Source: an uncultured Gammaproteobacteria bacterium
Lineage (GTDB): Bacteria; Pseudomonadota; Gammaproteobacteria; GCA-002705445; GCA-002716945
Length of the DNA stretch: 64,000 bases
Assembly: GCA_913045115.1 (NCBI GenBank)
Contig: CAJWPJ010000002.1
Location: forward strand, 669 to 64,668
Direction of reading: 5' to 3'
The notes beneath the pieces were generated by a model, which was given only the letters and a program-made list of their open reading frames with translations, made no database searches and was not told the origin of the DNA. Below, piece after piece: positions 45,714 through 54,790 of the stretch. A program made the position numbers and the translations under genes. Each line of letters starts with the position of its first letter. The stretch's first letter is position 1.

Positions 45714-47003
45714 TTATTTTCGAAGCTTAGCGGATTGAGAGTGAGCAGTTAGTCCCTCACAATCGGCTAAAAGTGAAGCTATTGTTGACAATTCCTTTGA
45801 GTGTGACTTTGATATTTTCATCAAACTTGTTCTTTTCAAAAAATCATACACACCTAGTGGTGAAGCATACTTTGCCGAACCACTTGTAGGTAAGACATGA
45901 TTAGGGCCAGCGCAATAATCTCCGAATACTTCAGGGCTGTTCTCCCCCATAAATATAGCACCTGCGTTATTGATATCTTTTTCTAATTTTAAATTCTCGT
46001 ATCCTAATATCTCTAGGTGTTCAGGAGCGATGTGATTAGCTATACTTACAATTTCTTTTTTATTCCCTACTTTTATAAATAAACCTCTTTGACTGAGAGA
46101 TTTTTTTATGATGTCTCTTCTTGATTGATTTTCAATTAAACTATTAATTTTACTAGTTACTGAATCAATAAGTTTATCGCTGGTAGTCATCAGGATAGCT
46201 TGCGCCAATTCGTCATGCTCAGCTTGAGCGAACATATCAGTTGCCACATACTCAGGATTTGCATTTTTATCCGCAATTATTAAAACTTCTGATGGGCCAG
46301 CAAAACTATCAATACCAACATTACCAAAAACTTTCTTCTTCGCGGTCGCAACAAATATATTTCCAGGTCCAACAATTTTATCAACAGATCTAACGGTCTC
46401 AGTTCCATAAGCAAGAGCGCCAACTGCATGAGCACCGCCAAACTTATATATTTCATCTACACCACATAAATCAGCAGCTATTAAGACTAATGGATTTAAA
46501 TTGCCATCAGTGGGAGGACACACCATAGTAATATGATCCACACCAGCAACTCTAGCTGGAATAGCATTCATAACTACAGTAGAGGGATAGCTCGCTTTGC
46601 CACCTGGAACATAGATACCAACTCGCTCAATGGGGGTTACTTTTTCACCTAGTCTCGAACCCTTAACATTTATAGACCAATTTCTTAGTTTTTGTTGCCT
46701 TGAAAATTTTTTAATATTTCCTATAGCCTTTTTGAGGCTCGATAATACCTTCTTTGAGACGTTAGTGTAAGCGAGACTGATTTCATCTGACGTTACAACA
46801 GAATCAGAAATTCTTTTATAAGACGTCATGTCATATTTTTTGATCAGTGATTTCAGACCTCTATCGCCATTTTTTTTTACGGTATTTAAAATAGTGTCTA
46901 CAGTTTTCTCGATTGTTTCTGAATTTTTTTGTTTGAGAGATAAGTGCTTATCAAGTTTATTTACGAAGTTAGTTTGACTAATATTCAGTTTTTTAATTTT
47001 CAT
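45714..47003 (-). CDS. hisD: Histidinol dehydrogenase
   Basis: 429 aa with the characteristic NAD/Zn-binding core (FAQAEHDE, GDYCAGPNHVLPT). The start overlaps the upstream DAHP synthase stop by 11 nt. Confidence 0.9.
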   Translation of the reverse strand: MKIKKLNISQTNFVNKLDKHLSLKQKNSETIEKTVDTILNTVKKNGDRGLKSLIKKYDMTSYKRISDSVVTSDEISLAYTNVSKKVLSSLKKAIGNIKKFSRQQKLRNWSINVKGSRLGEKVTPIERVGIYVPGGKASYPSTVVMNAIPARVAGVDHITMVCPPTDGNLNPLVLIAADLCGVDEIYKFGGAHAVGALAYGTETVRSVDKIVGPGNIFVATAKKKVFGNVGIDSFAGPSEVLIIADKNANPEYVATDMFAQAEHDELAQAILMTTSDKLIDSVTSKINSLIENQSRRDIIKKSLSQRGLFIKVGNKKEIVSIANHIAPEHLEILGYENLKLEKDINNAGAIFMGENSPEVFGDYCAGPNHVLPTSGSAKYASPLGVYDFLKRTSLMKISKSHSKELSTIASLLADCEGLTAHSQSAKLRK

Positions 47004-48051
47004 AAGCCTTTTTTAATGCATCATCTAAATCTAAGATTAATTGTTCCGTCTCATCCCAGCCAATGCACGAGTCAGTTATACTTTGACCATAAGTCAAGTT
47101 CTCTCTGCTATCAATTTTTTGGTTTCCTTCTACAAGGTTGCTCTCAAGCATAATCCCTATGATGTTTTTCTCTCCAGATATTAGTTGATTTTTAACATCG
47201 TCTACAACTCTAGATTGCATTTTAAAATCTTTATTACTATTAGCATGGCTTGCATCAATCATAATATTTGGTTTCATGTCATTATCCACTAGTATTTTTG
47301 CAGAATTTTTAACATCCTCAGACGCGTAGTTAGACTTGCCGTTACCGCCTCTATGGATTATATGACAATCATCATTACCCGCAGTATTAAAAATTGCAGA
47401 CTTGCCTTCTTTGGTTACTGATAAAAAACTATGTGAGTGTCTAGCTGCGTTCATTGCATCAATTGCTATTTGCAAACTACCATCCGTTCCATTTTTAAAA
47501 CCAACTGGACAAGAGAGTCCTGATGCAAGTTCCCTGTGACTTTGGCTTTCTGTTGTCCTAGCACCAATTGCTCCCCAACTAATAAGGTCAGAGATATATT
47601 GCGGACTTACCAAATCAAGAAATTCGTGTCCGCATGGTATTTCCATTTCAGCAAGGTCGATTAATAACTTTCTAGCTAATTTAATCCCCTTGTTAATTTT
47701 AAACGATCCATCTAGATCTGGATCATTTATTAGTCCTTTCCAACCAATTACTGTTCTTGGTTTTTCAAAGTATACTCTCATAATAATAAGACAGTTATCA
47801 GAAAGTATCGATGAAAGTTTTTTTAATCGAGTTGCATACTCTATTGCAGCATCCACATCATGAATAGAACATGGGCCAACCACAACCATGAATTTTTTTA
47901 GTGACTTATTGAGTATGTCCTTTATATGACCACGGGTATTTATAATAGTGCCTAAACCTTTCTCAGATGGTGAGATTGAATTAATAATTTCTTGAGGGCT
48001 TATAAGCTCTTGAGTATTTATGATTCGAAGATCGTCTGTTCTATTCTTCAT
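46993..48051 (-). CDS. aroG: 3-deoxy-7-phosphoheptulonate (DAHP) synthase, class I-alpha (AroG/F/H-like)
   Basis: 352 aa, collinear with E. coli AroG and highly similar to it (DDLRI...VVGPCSIHD...IMRVYFEKPRT.IGWKGLINDP...WGAIGARTTESQ.HRELASGLSCPVGFKNGTDG). Which aromatic amino acid feeds back is unknown. The ATG overlaps the hisG stop (ATGA). Confidence 0.9.
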   Translation of the reverse strand: MKNRTDDLRIINTQELISPQEIINSISPSEKGLGTIINTRGHIKDILNKSLKKFMVVVGPCSIHDVDAAIEYATRLKKLSSILSDNCLIIMRVYFEKPRTVIGWKGLINDPDLDGSFKINKGIKLARKLLIDLAEMEIPCGHEFLDLVSPQYISDLISWGAIGARTTESQSHRELASGLSCPVGFKNGTDGSLQIAIDAMNAARHSHSFLSVTKEGKSAIFNTAGNDDCHIIHRGGNGKSNYASEDVKNSAKILVDNDMKPNIMIDASHANSNKDFKMQSRVVDDVKNQLISGEKNIIGIMLESNLVEGNQKIDSRENLTYGQSITDSCIGWDETEQLILDLDDALKKAYEN

Positions 48052-48656
48052 TGGTTAACTTTGTCTAGGATTAAATCTATCTCTTTTCTTTTAATTTTAT
48101 ATGATACTTTATTTGCAATTAATAAAGAGGAAACATTTGAAATTATATCATGCTCCTTTAGGCCATTTTCTTTTAAAGTTTTTCCAGTTTCAACAATATC
48201 AACAATGAAATCAGATAAACCCATTACCGGAGCTAATTCAATGGAGCCATATAACTCTAGTATTGAACATTGAAAGCCAATATTCTCGAAATATTTTTTT
48301 GCAATTCTAGGATACTTTGTAGCAACTTTCATATTATTGAAGTATTTTTTCTTAGCTTTCCCAGCAACAACTAATTTACATTTTGATATGGTCATATCAT
48401 GCAGACGAAAATGATTATTTTTACCATCTTCCATCAAAGTGTCTAGACCTACAATACCAAGATCAATTGTTCCAGAATCAATATATACTGGTACGTCAGA
48501 AGCTTTGATAATGATAATCTCGAGGTTTTTTAGGTTTGTTGGGATAATCAATTTGCGAGTATTAAACGGGTTAACTTCACAAATAATATCTACTTTCTCT
48601 AGAGTATTTATTGCTTGTTCTAAAATTCTTCCTTTTGAAATAGCTAATCTAATCAT
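48048..48656 (-). CDS. hisG: ATP phosphoribosyltransferase, short form (HisZ-dependent type)
   Basis: 202 aa. Short-form HisG lacking the C-terminal regulatory domain, 11 nt downstream of murA as in Pseudomonas murA-hisG-hisD. Confidence 0.85.
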   Translation of the reverse strand: MIRLAISKGRILEQAINTLEKVDIICEVNPFNTRKLIIPTNLKNLEIIIIKASDVPVYIDSGTIDLGIVGLDTLMEDGKNNHFRLHDMTISKCKLVVAGKAKKKYFNNMKVATKYPRIAKKYFENIGFQCSILELYGSIELAPVMGLSDFIVDIVETGKTLKENGLKEHDIISNVSSLLIANKVSYKIKRKEIDLILDKVNQ

Positions 48657-48667
48657 GGATATGCATT

Positions 48668-49927
48668 TTACATAGGTTTTCTTGAAATCCTAGCACCAAT
48701 TAACTGAAGTTTTTCCTCAATACAATCATACCCCCTATCTATGTGGTAGACTCTCCCGATTTCGGTCACACCTTTCGCTGCCAAGCCTGCTAAGATAAGA
48801 CTGGCAGATGCTCTTAAGTCTGTTGCCATCACAGGTGCCCCCAACAGTTCCGTAATGCCTGAAATTTCTGCGATGTTATCATGAACTCTAATTTTAGCGC
48901 CCATTCGAATTAGCTCTTGCGCATGCATAAATCTATTTTCAAAGATATTCTCTTTAACATTACTTTCTCCATAAGCAATACAATTTAATGCCGTCATTTG
49001 AGCTTGCATGTCAGTCGGGAAAAGGGGGTAAGCATTAGTCTCAATATCTATCGCCTTCGGCCTTTTGGTCATTTTAACTCTAACAGAGTCTTTTAAGATT
49101 TTTATATCTGCACCTGTCTGAATAAGCTTATCAATTACTGCTCGAGTATGCTCGGGCACTATATTACATATTTCAATATCTCCTCTCGTTATTGCAGCCG
49201 CAACCATAAAAGTTCCTGCTTCTATCCTATCAGGCAATGGCTTATGTCTGGTTCCTTTGAGTGTATTCACACCTTCAATAGTAACTTTGCTAGAGCCATA
49301 CCCAGTAATTTTTGCGCCCATTTTAATGAGGAATTCACATAAATCTGAAATTTCAGGCTCACTCGCCGCGTTTTCAATAATTGTCTTTCCTTTTGCTAAT
49401 GTCGCAGCCATGATTATATTTTCAGTCCCCGTAACAGATTTTCTCGGGAAGGAAATCTTTGTACCATTTAATCTTTTTGCTTTTGCAGAAATATATCCAT
49501 TCTCGACAGATATGCTTGCTCCCATTTTTTCCAACGCATCTAGGTGCATATCCACTGGTCTCATCCCGATAGCACAACCACCTGGTAAAGATACTTTTGC
49601 TTCACCATACTTCGCCAAGAGCGGACCTAGAACTAGTATTGATGATCGCATTGTTTTAACCAATTCATACGGCGCATATAAGTTATGAATTGTAGATGGA
49701 TCAAGACTTATGTCCATAAATTCATCCATAGTTACACTAATCCCCATCTGAGTTAATAATCTAGTTGTGGTAGTCACATCCTGTAGATGAGGGACATTCT
49801 CTAGCTCTACTTCACCTTGAGAAACCATAACCGAAGCGCACAACATCGGTAGAACAGAATTCTTTGCTCCCGATATCCTCACTGTGCCAGATAACTGTTG
49901 TTGCCCGTCTATAAGTAGCTTATCCAT
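48668..49927 (-). CDS. murA: UDP-N-acetylglucosamine 1-carboxyvinyltransferase
   Basis: 419 aa with the active-site Cys loop VSLPGGCAIGMRPVDMH. Confidence 0.95.
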   Translation of the reverse strand: MDKLLIDGQQQLSGTVRISGAKNSVLPMLCASVMVSQGEVELENVPHLQDVTTTTRLLTQMGISVTMDEFMDISLDPSTIHNLYAPYELVKTMRSSILVLGPLLAKYGEAKVSLPGGCAIGMRPVDMHLDALEKMGASISVENGYISAKAKRLNGTKISFPRKSVTGTENIIMAATLAKGKTIIENAASEPEISDLCEFLIKMGAKITGYGSSKVTIEGVNTLKGTRHKPLPDRIEAGTFMVAAAITRGDIEICNIVPEHTRAVIDKLIQTGADIKILKDSVRVKMTKRPKAIDIETNAYPLFPTDMQAQMTALNCIAYGESNVKENIFENRFMHAQELIRMGAKIRVHDNIAEISGITELLGAPVMATDLRASASLILAGLAAKGVTEIGRVYHIDRGYDCIEEKLQLIGARISRKPM

Positions 49928-49980
49928 AGATATTTTTTAAGTTTGTTTCGGTATTCTAAAAGTTTATACTCAATAAAGCT

Positions 49981-52437
49981 ATGATTAAAAAGTTATCAAC
50001 CCTTTATAAAGAGTATATATTGAGCCTACCCATCTATGTGCTGTTCTTTCTGGCAATGGTACTAATGGCGTCTGCATCTAATATGAAGCATTTTACATTA
50101 GATGCATCAGCTGACACCCTGATTCTAGAGGATGATCAAGATTTAAAAATATTTCGTGAAACTAACGCAAAATACAAGTCATCTGATTTTATGATTTTGA
50201 CTCTGACAGATAATCAAAGAGATGTTTTCTCAACCGATACGCTTGACCTAGTTGAGATGTTATCCAGAAAAATAGAAAAAATAAAAAATATTAAATCCGT
50301 AAACTCAATAACAAATATTCCGCTTGTGACAAGTTCAAAAAAACCACTCACTGAATTGATCAATAACATACCAAATATTCTAAGCGCAGATGTTGATCGC
50401 AATCTAGCTAAAAAAGAGATTCTATCAAGCCCGATATATAAAGATCTGATTATAAGCTCTGATGCAAAAACTACTGCAATGCAAATTGTTATTAAAGAAG
50501 ATGAATCACTATCTAGTGCACTTAAAGAAAAAAATGTTTTGTATGAGGAGTATAAAAAAAATGATAGCTTTAAAGATCAATATTTGGCATCAAAGTTAAA
50601 ATATCAAGAATTAGCAAAAAATAATAAAAAGGAAATCAATCTCCTCATAAAAGAGTTAAGAAAAGTTCAAGATTCATATTCAAACGAAAGGTATGAAATT
50701 CGATTAGGAGGGATACCAATGATAACGGATGATATGGTTACCTTTATAAAAAACGATCTTATCAATTTTGGTTTTGGAGTCCTGATCTTTATTTTATTAA
50801 CTTTGATTATAATTTTCAGAAAATTAATTTGGGTTGTAGCTCCTATAATTAACTGCCTATATGCAGTTTTATTTATGGTTGGACTTTTGGGGTATCTTGA
50901 CTGGAAAGTCACAGTTATATCATCTAATTTTATTTCATTAATGCTGATTCTTACATTGTCAATGAACATCCATATTATAGTTAGATATAGACAAATTTTC
51001 TCAAATTCCAACGGCAATAAATTTCAATCAATGTTTGAAACTACAAAAAAAATGATATGGCCATGCTTATATACAGCATTAACAACTATTGTAGCCTTCG
51101 CATCCCTTATTTTCAGTGACATCAAACCTGTTATAGACTTCGGCTTTATGATGGTAATAGGTTTGACGGCATTATTTTTAACATCTTTTACACTACTTCC
51201 ATGTTTCATTTTGATTTTCTCAAATGAAGACAATTCTCATATAAATCAACATCAGAGAAAAAGCTTGGTTATCGATTCATTATCAAAAATAGCTCAGAAG
51301 TCCGGCAATTATGTGTATGCTCTTACTCTTTTGTTAACTATAGTGACTGTTTATGGTCTTACCCAGCTCAAAGTTGAGAATAGTTTTATCAATTACTTCA
51401 GGGCTGATACTGAAATCCACAAAGGTATGAAGTTGATTGACAGTCAGCTAGGCGGGACAACCCCGATGGATATTGTCATAAAGTTCAATGATGATAACAA
51501 TAATGAGGAAAGTGATGAGGAATTTGATGAATTATTAGGAGCTGATGAGACGTCTGACGAGTCTAATTGGTTCACTACCGAAAGAATTAATAAAATTAAA
51601 TATATCCATGACTATTTGGATAACAATAAATATATAGGCAAGGTATTATCACTTGCATCATCCATTCGTGTTGCAGAAAAAGTAAATAATGATAAAGAGC
51701 TAAATAGTCTAGAAATGTCGCTTCTCTACAAGCAGCTGCCAAATGAAGTTAAAGATATCGCTGTGAACCCTTACTTATCAATAAAAGATAACGAGGCAAG
51801 AATAAACATAAGGGTATTAGATTCAGATAAAGATCTTCGTCGAGCAGCTTTGATTGAGTCTATAAGAACAGATCTAAATAATGATAAGTACTTGGAAGCA
51901 GAAGATATTACGATTACTGGAATACTCCTTTTGTATAATAATATGCTCCAGAGCCTATTCGATTCGCAAATTAAATCGCTTGGGTTTGTTATGCTGATTA
52001 TCGCACTTATGTTTTTAGTTTTATTCAGATCTTTAAAGCTAATGATAATAGGTATAGTTCCTAATCTTTTGTCTGCACTTCTTGTTTTAGGTATCATGGG
52101 TATAATCAACCTGCCACTGGATATGATGACTATTACAATCGCTGCAATAACAGTAGGTATTGCTGTCGATAACAGCATTCACTATATATATCGTTTTAAA
52201 GAAGAATTTACTACATACAAAAATTATGAAGAGACAATAATCGCCTGCCATTCCAGCATTGGAAGAGCTATATTTTTTACTGGTATTACAGTGATATTCG
52301 GTTTTTCTATTCTTGTTCTCTCTAATTTCATACCTACAATTATTTTTGGAACATTGACTGGGTTTGCAATGCTTGTAGCGCTCGTATTAGTTCTGACTTT
52401 ATTACCTAGATTATTAATATCTATGAAGCCACTCTGA
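49981..52437 (+). CDS. RND-superfamily exporter, HpnN/MMPL-like (COG1033 type, 2x6 transmembrane helices with two periplasmic loops)
   Basis: 818 aa. It has two repeats of a 6-transmembrane-helix bundle, each followed by a large soluble loop, and the RND signature GIAVDNSIHYIYRF. An acidic low-complexity insert (NDDNNNEESDEEFDELLGADETSDESNW) sits in the second loop. Confidence 0.8.
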   Translation: MIKKLSTLYKEYILSLPIYVLFFLAMVLMASASNMKHFTLDASADTLILEDDQDLKIFRETNAKYKSSDFMILTLTDNQRDVFSTDTLDLVEMLSRKIEKIKNIKSVNSITNIPLVTSSKKPLTELINNIPNILSADVDRNLAKKEILSSPIYKDLIISSDAKTTAMQIVIKEDESLSSALKEKNVLYEEYKKNDSFKDQYLASKLKYQELAKNNKKEINLLIKELRKVQDSYSNERYEIRLGGIPMITDDMVTFIKNDLINFGFGVLIFILLTLIIIFRKLIWVVAPIINCLYAVLFMVGLLGYLDWKVTVISSNFISLMLILTLSMNIHIIVRYRQIFSNSNGNKFQSMFETTKKMIWPCLYTALTTIVAFASLIFSDIKPVIDFGFMMVIGLTALFLTSFTLLPCFILIFSNEDNSHINQHQRKSLVIDSLSKIAQKSGNYVYALTLLLTIVTVYGLTQLKVENSFINYFRADTEIHKGMKLIDSQLGGTTPMDIVIKFNDDNNNEESDEEFDELLGADETSDESNWFTTERINKIKYIHDYLDNNKYIGKVLSLASSIRVAEKVNNDKELNSLEMSLLYKQLPNEVKDIAVNPYLSIKDNEARINIRVLDSDKDLRRAALIESIRTDLNNDKYLEAEDITITGILLLYNNMLQSLFDSQIKSLGFVMLIIALMFLVLFRSLKLMIIGIVPNLLSALLVLGIMGIINLPLDMMTITIAAITVGIAVDNSIHYIYRFKEEFTTYKNYEETIIACHSSIGRAIFFTGITVIFGFSILVLSNFIPTIIFGTLTGFAMLVALVLVLTLLPRLLISMKPL

Positions 52438-52448
52438 GTGGTAGTTTA

Positions 52449-53030
52449 TTATTCTTTGAGAGATGAAATAAGTGAGTCAATCCCATTTTGAGATACATGT
52501 TCTCTGAAATCTGCTCTATAGTTTTTCATCAAACTTATGCCATCAAAAATAATATCATAAACTTTCCAAGTGTTAGATTTTTTTATTAACCTATAATCAA
52601 CAGCAATATCACCCCCAGGTATTAAGTATTTCGATTTCACATAAGCTATGTTATTTCTTTTGCCTGGTTCATAAGGCAGAAAAATCACTTTTTCTCCATC
52701 AAACGCTGTAATAGATTTCATATATGTACTGGTCATCCTATATTTAAAAGCCTCTACAAAGTTGCCTTTTTGATTCTCTGACAAGTTTGTCCATATTTTC
52801 TTACCCAGTATAATTTTTGACATAAGTTTAATATCAAGCTTTGGCATTACTGTGGAGTTCATTTTACTTCTGAGAAATTCCTCATCAGATTCAAACCTGT
52901 CCTTATATTTGGTGACTAATTGTGAAATCTCCTCAACTGATTCTTTCAAGAAGACATCAGGCCCAGTGCTTGAATAAACTACATCTGATAGCAAAAAAAA
53001 GGCTAACAAGAATGATATTTTTTTAATCAT
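52449..53030 (-). CDS. mlaC: MlaC/Ttg2D-family periplasmic lipid-binding protein (HpnM-like)
   Basis: 193 aa with a signal peptide and the family motif WKVYDIIFDGISLMKNYRADF. Confidence 0.75.
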   Translation of the reverse strand: MIKKISFLLAFFLLSDVVYSSTGPDVFLKESVEEISQLVTKYKDRFESDEEFLRSKMNSTVMPKLDIKLMSKIILGKKIWTNLSENQKGNFVEAFKYRMTSTYMKSITAFDGEKVIFLPYEPGKRNNIAYVKSKYLIPGGDIAVDYRLIKKSNTWKVYDIIFDGISLMKNYRADFREHVSQNGIDSLISSLKE

Positions 53031-53060
53031 GGCTCTTATTTTAGTATATAATTTGTAATT

Positions 53061-53819
53061 ATGTTACAGGGTATGCATAAATTTTCTTTATTCAATCTTT
53101 TTCTCTCAGCTTTAGCATTTATAGTGTTATTGTCAATTAATACATCTACCTCATATGCATCTGATGATGATCCTTTAGAACCAATGAACAGAGTAATCTT
53201 TGGTTTCAATGAGATAGTAGATGATAATATCTTAGAGCCTGTCGCTGAGGGATACAGATATATCACACCTGATCCTGTGGAGGACAGCATAAGTAATTTT
53301 TTTAATAATTTAGGGGAAATAAATACAATAGTTAATAGTGCATTGCAGATGAAACTAGATAAAACTATGACTTCCTCAAGTAGACTGATCATAAATTCAA
53401 CAGTTGGAATTTTCGGCCTATTTGATGTCGCATCCACCTTGGGCATACAAAGGCATAGAGAAGACTTTGGTCAAACACTCGGACACTACGGTATCTCGCC
53501 CGGCCCATATCTTGTCTTGCCATTTTTTGGGCCAAGTTCATTTAGAGATGCTCCTGGTTTCTATGTAGATGTCATGATCGAAAAAGATATTTCGCCAATA
53601 CATACAGAACTACATCACGAGGAGAGGCAGGTAATCCAGGCAACTAATGTAATTGATACAAGAGCTAATCTTCTCAAAGCTACTAAAATTATAGATACAG
53701 CTGCAAAAGATAAATATATTTTTCTTAGAGAATCATATCTTCAGAGAAGGGCAAAAATGGTTACAGATGGTAAGGACGTGCAAGACTTTGAAATTGACGT
53801 GCTTGAAATCAATTATTAA
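53061..53819 (+). CDS. mlaA: MlaA/VacJ outer-membrane lipoprotein
   Basis: 252 aa with a signal peptide and conserved DPLEPMNRVIFGFN and PYLVLPFFGPSSFRD motifs. TATAAT lies 8 nt upstream of the ATG. Confidence 0.8.
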   Translation: MLQGMHKFSLFNLFLSALAFIVLLSINTSTSYASDDDPLEPMNRVIFGFNEIVDDNILEPVAEGYRYITPDPVEDSISNFFNNLGEINTIVNSALQMKLDKTMTSSSRLIINSTVGIFGLFDVASTLGIQRHREDFGQTLGHYGISPGPYLVLPFFGPSSFRDAPGFYVDVMIEKDISPIHTELHHEERQVIQATNVIDTRANLLKATKIIDTAAKDKYIFLRESYLQRRAKMVTDGKDVQDFEIDVLEINY

Positions 53820-53852
53820 ATCTCTAAATATTTCATATAATATCTATCCAAT

Positions 53853-54788
53853 ATGACAGAAGCTATACTATTCTCACTAGCAGGGTTAATATTATTGCTA
53901 TTGGGTTCAAATTTTCTAGTAAGCTCTACTGAGCGATTCTCAAACACGTATAGAATTTCTGGATTCATAGCAAGTTTTTTTATAATTGGAATTGCTACTT
54001 CAGCTCCTGAAATTTTCATATCTATCGAATCTGCGCTCTTAGATCAAACTATACTTGCGATAGGTAATGCTATTGGTTCGAATTTATCTAATATTGCTCT
54101 AGTATTTGCTATATCAATATTTTTCATACCAAAAGAGAGCAACTCATCGGCTCTACCACGTAATGCATACATGGGTATGATTATTCTGACTCTAAGTATG
54201 TTCTTGCTTATTCGCTTTGACAGTTTATTTAGTATTGTTGATGCTTTGATCTTACTCGTTTTATTTTTAGGCATCTTATTCGTATTAGACAAGCATAATA
54301 ATGCCAAGGACTATCAGGCTATAAAATATGACATGAGATTTAATCTATTAAAAATTATATTTCTAGTACTGAGTGGAATAATTCTTCTTGTTTATGGGTC
54401 TGGTTATTTTATTTATGGCGCGACTCAAATTGCCCTCTTCTATGGCATAAGCAGCTATGTAATTGGTTTAACTCTCACAGCTTTAGGAACGAGCCTACCT
54501 GAACTTACTGTCAGTATACAGTCTGCAAGAAAAGGAAAGGTCGATTTTGTCATAGGCAATATTATTGGTTCTAATATTTTTAATATAGCAATCGCAATGA
54601 GCATTGCTGGATTAATAAGCTCTTCAATGGTTACAGTGGCAGATTTTACAAGGGACATTATGTTTTTATTAATAGCCTCAAGTGTTTTTTATTTAATCAT
54701 TAAATCAGATAAAATTTTCATAAAAACTGTATACTCTAGTCTATTAGTAATAACATATCTTGTATATGTATCATTCATACTTGGATAA
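53853..54788 (+). CDS. yrbG: Ca2+/cation antiporter (CaCA) family inner-membrane protein YrbG
   Basis: 311 aa with duplicated alpha-repeat motifs (GNAIGSNLSNIALV / GNIIGSNIFNIAIA), immediately upstream of kdsD as in E. coli. Confidence 0.8.
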   Translation: MTEAILFSLAGLILLLLGSNFLVSSTERFSNTYRISGFIASFFIIGIATSAPEIFISIESALLDQTILAIGNAIGSNLSNIALVFAISIFFIPKESNSSALPRNAYMGMIILTLSMFLLIRFDSLFSIVDALILLVLFLGILFVLDKHNNAKDYQAIKYDMRFNLLKIIFLVLSGIILLVYGSGYFIYGATQIALFYGISSYVIGLTLTALGTSLPELTVSIQSARKGKVDFVIGNIIGSNIFNIAIAMSIAGLISSSMVTVADFTRDIMFLLIASSVFYLIIKSDKIFIKTVYSSLLVITYLVYVSFILG

Positions 54789-54790
54789 AT

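Noticed and set aside
49257-49688. 143-aa ORF on the plus strand, antisense to murA (other antisense ORFs lie at 32548-32901 in ftsH, 6670-6993 in pnp, 30627-31016 in folP, 10015-10314 in infB and 38647-38844 in carB)
   Set aside because: All lie fully inside strongly supported conserved genes and have no recognisable motifs or ribosome-binding sites. They are hydrophobic or low-complexity, typical shadow ORFs.
53036-53446. 136-aa minus-strand ORF overlapping the 5' half of mlaA
   Set aside because: The plus-strand frame encodes canonical MlaA motifs. The antisense ORF has no recognisable features and would read straight through into mlaC.
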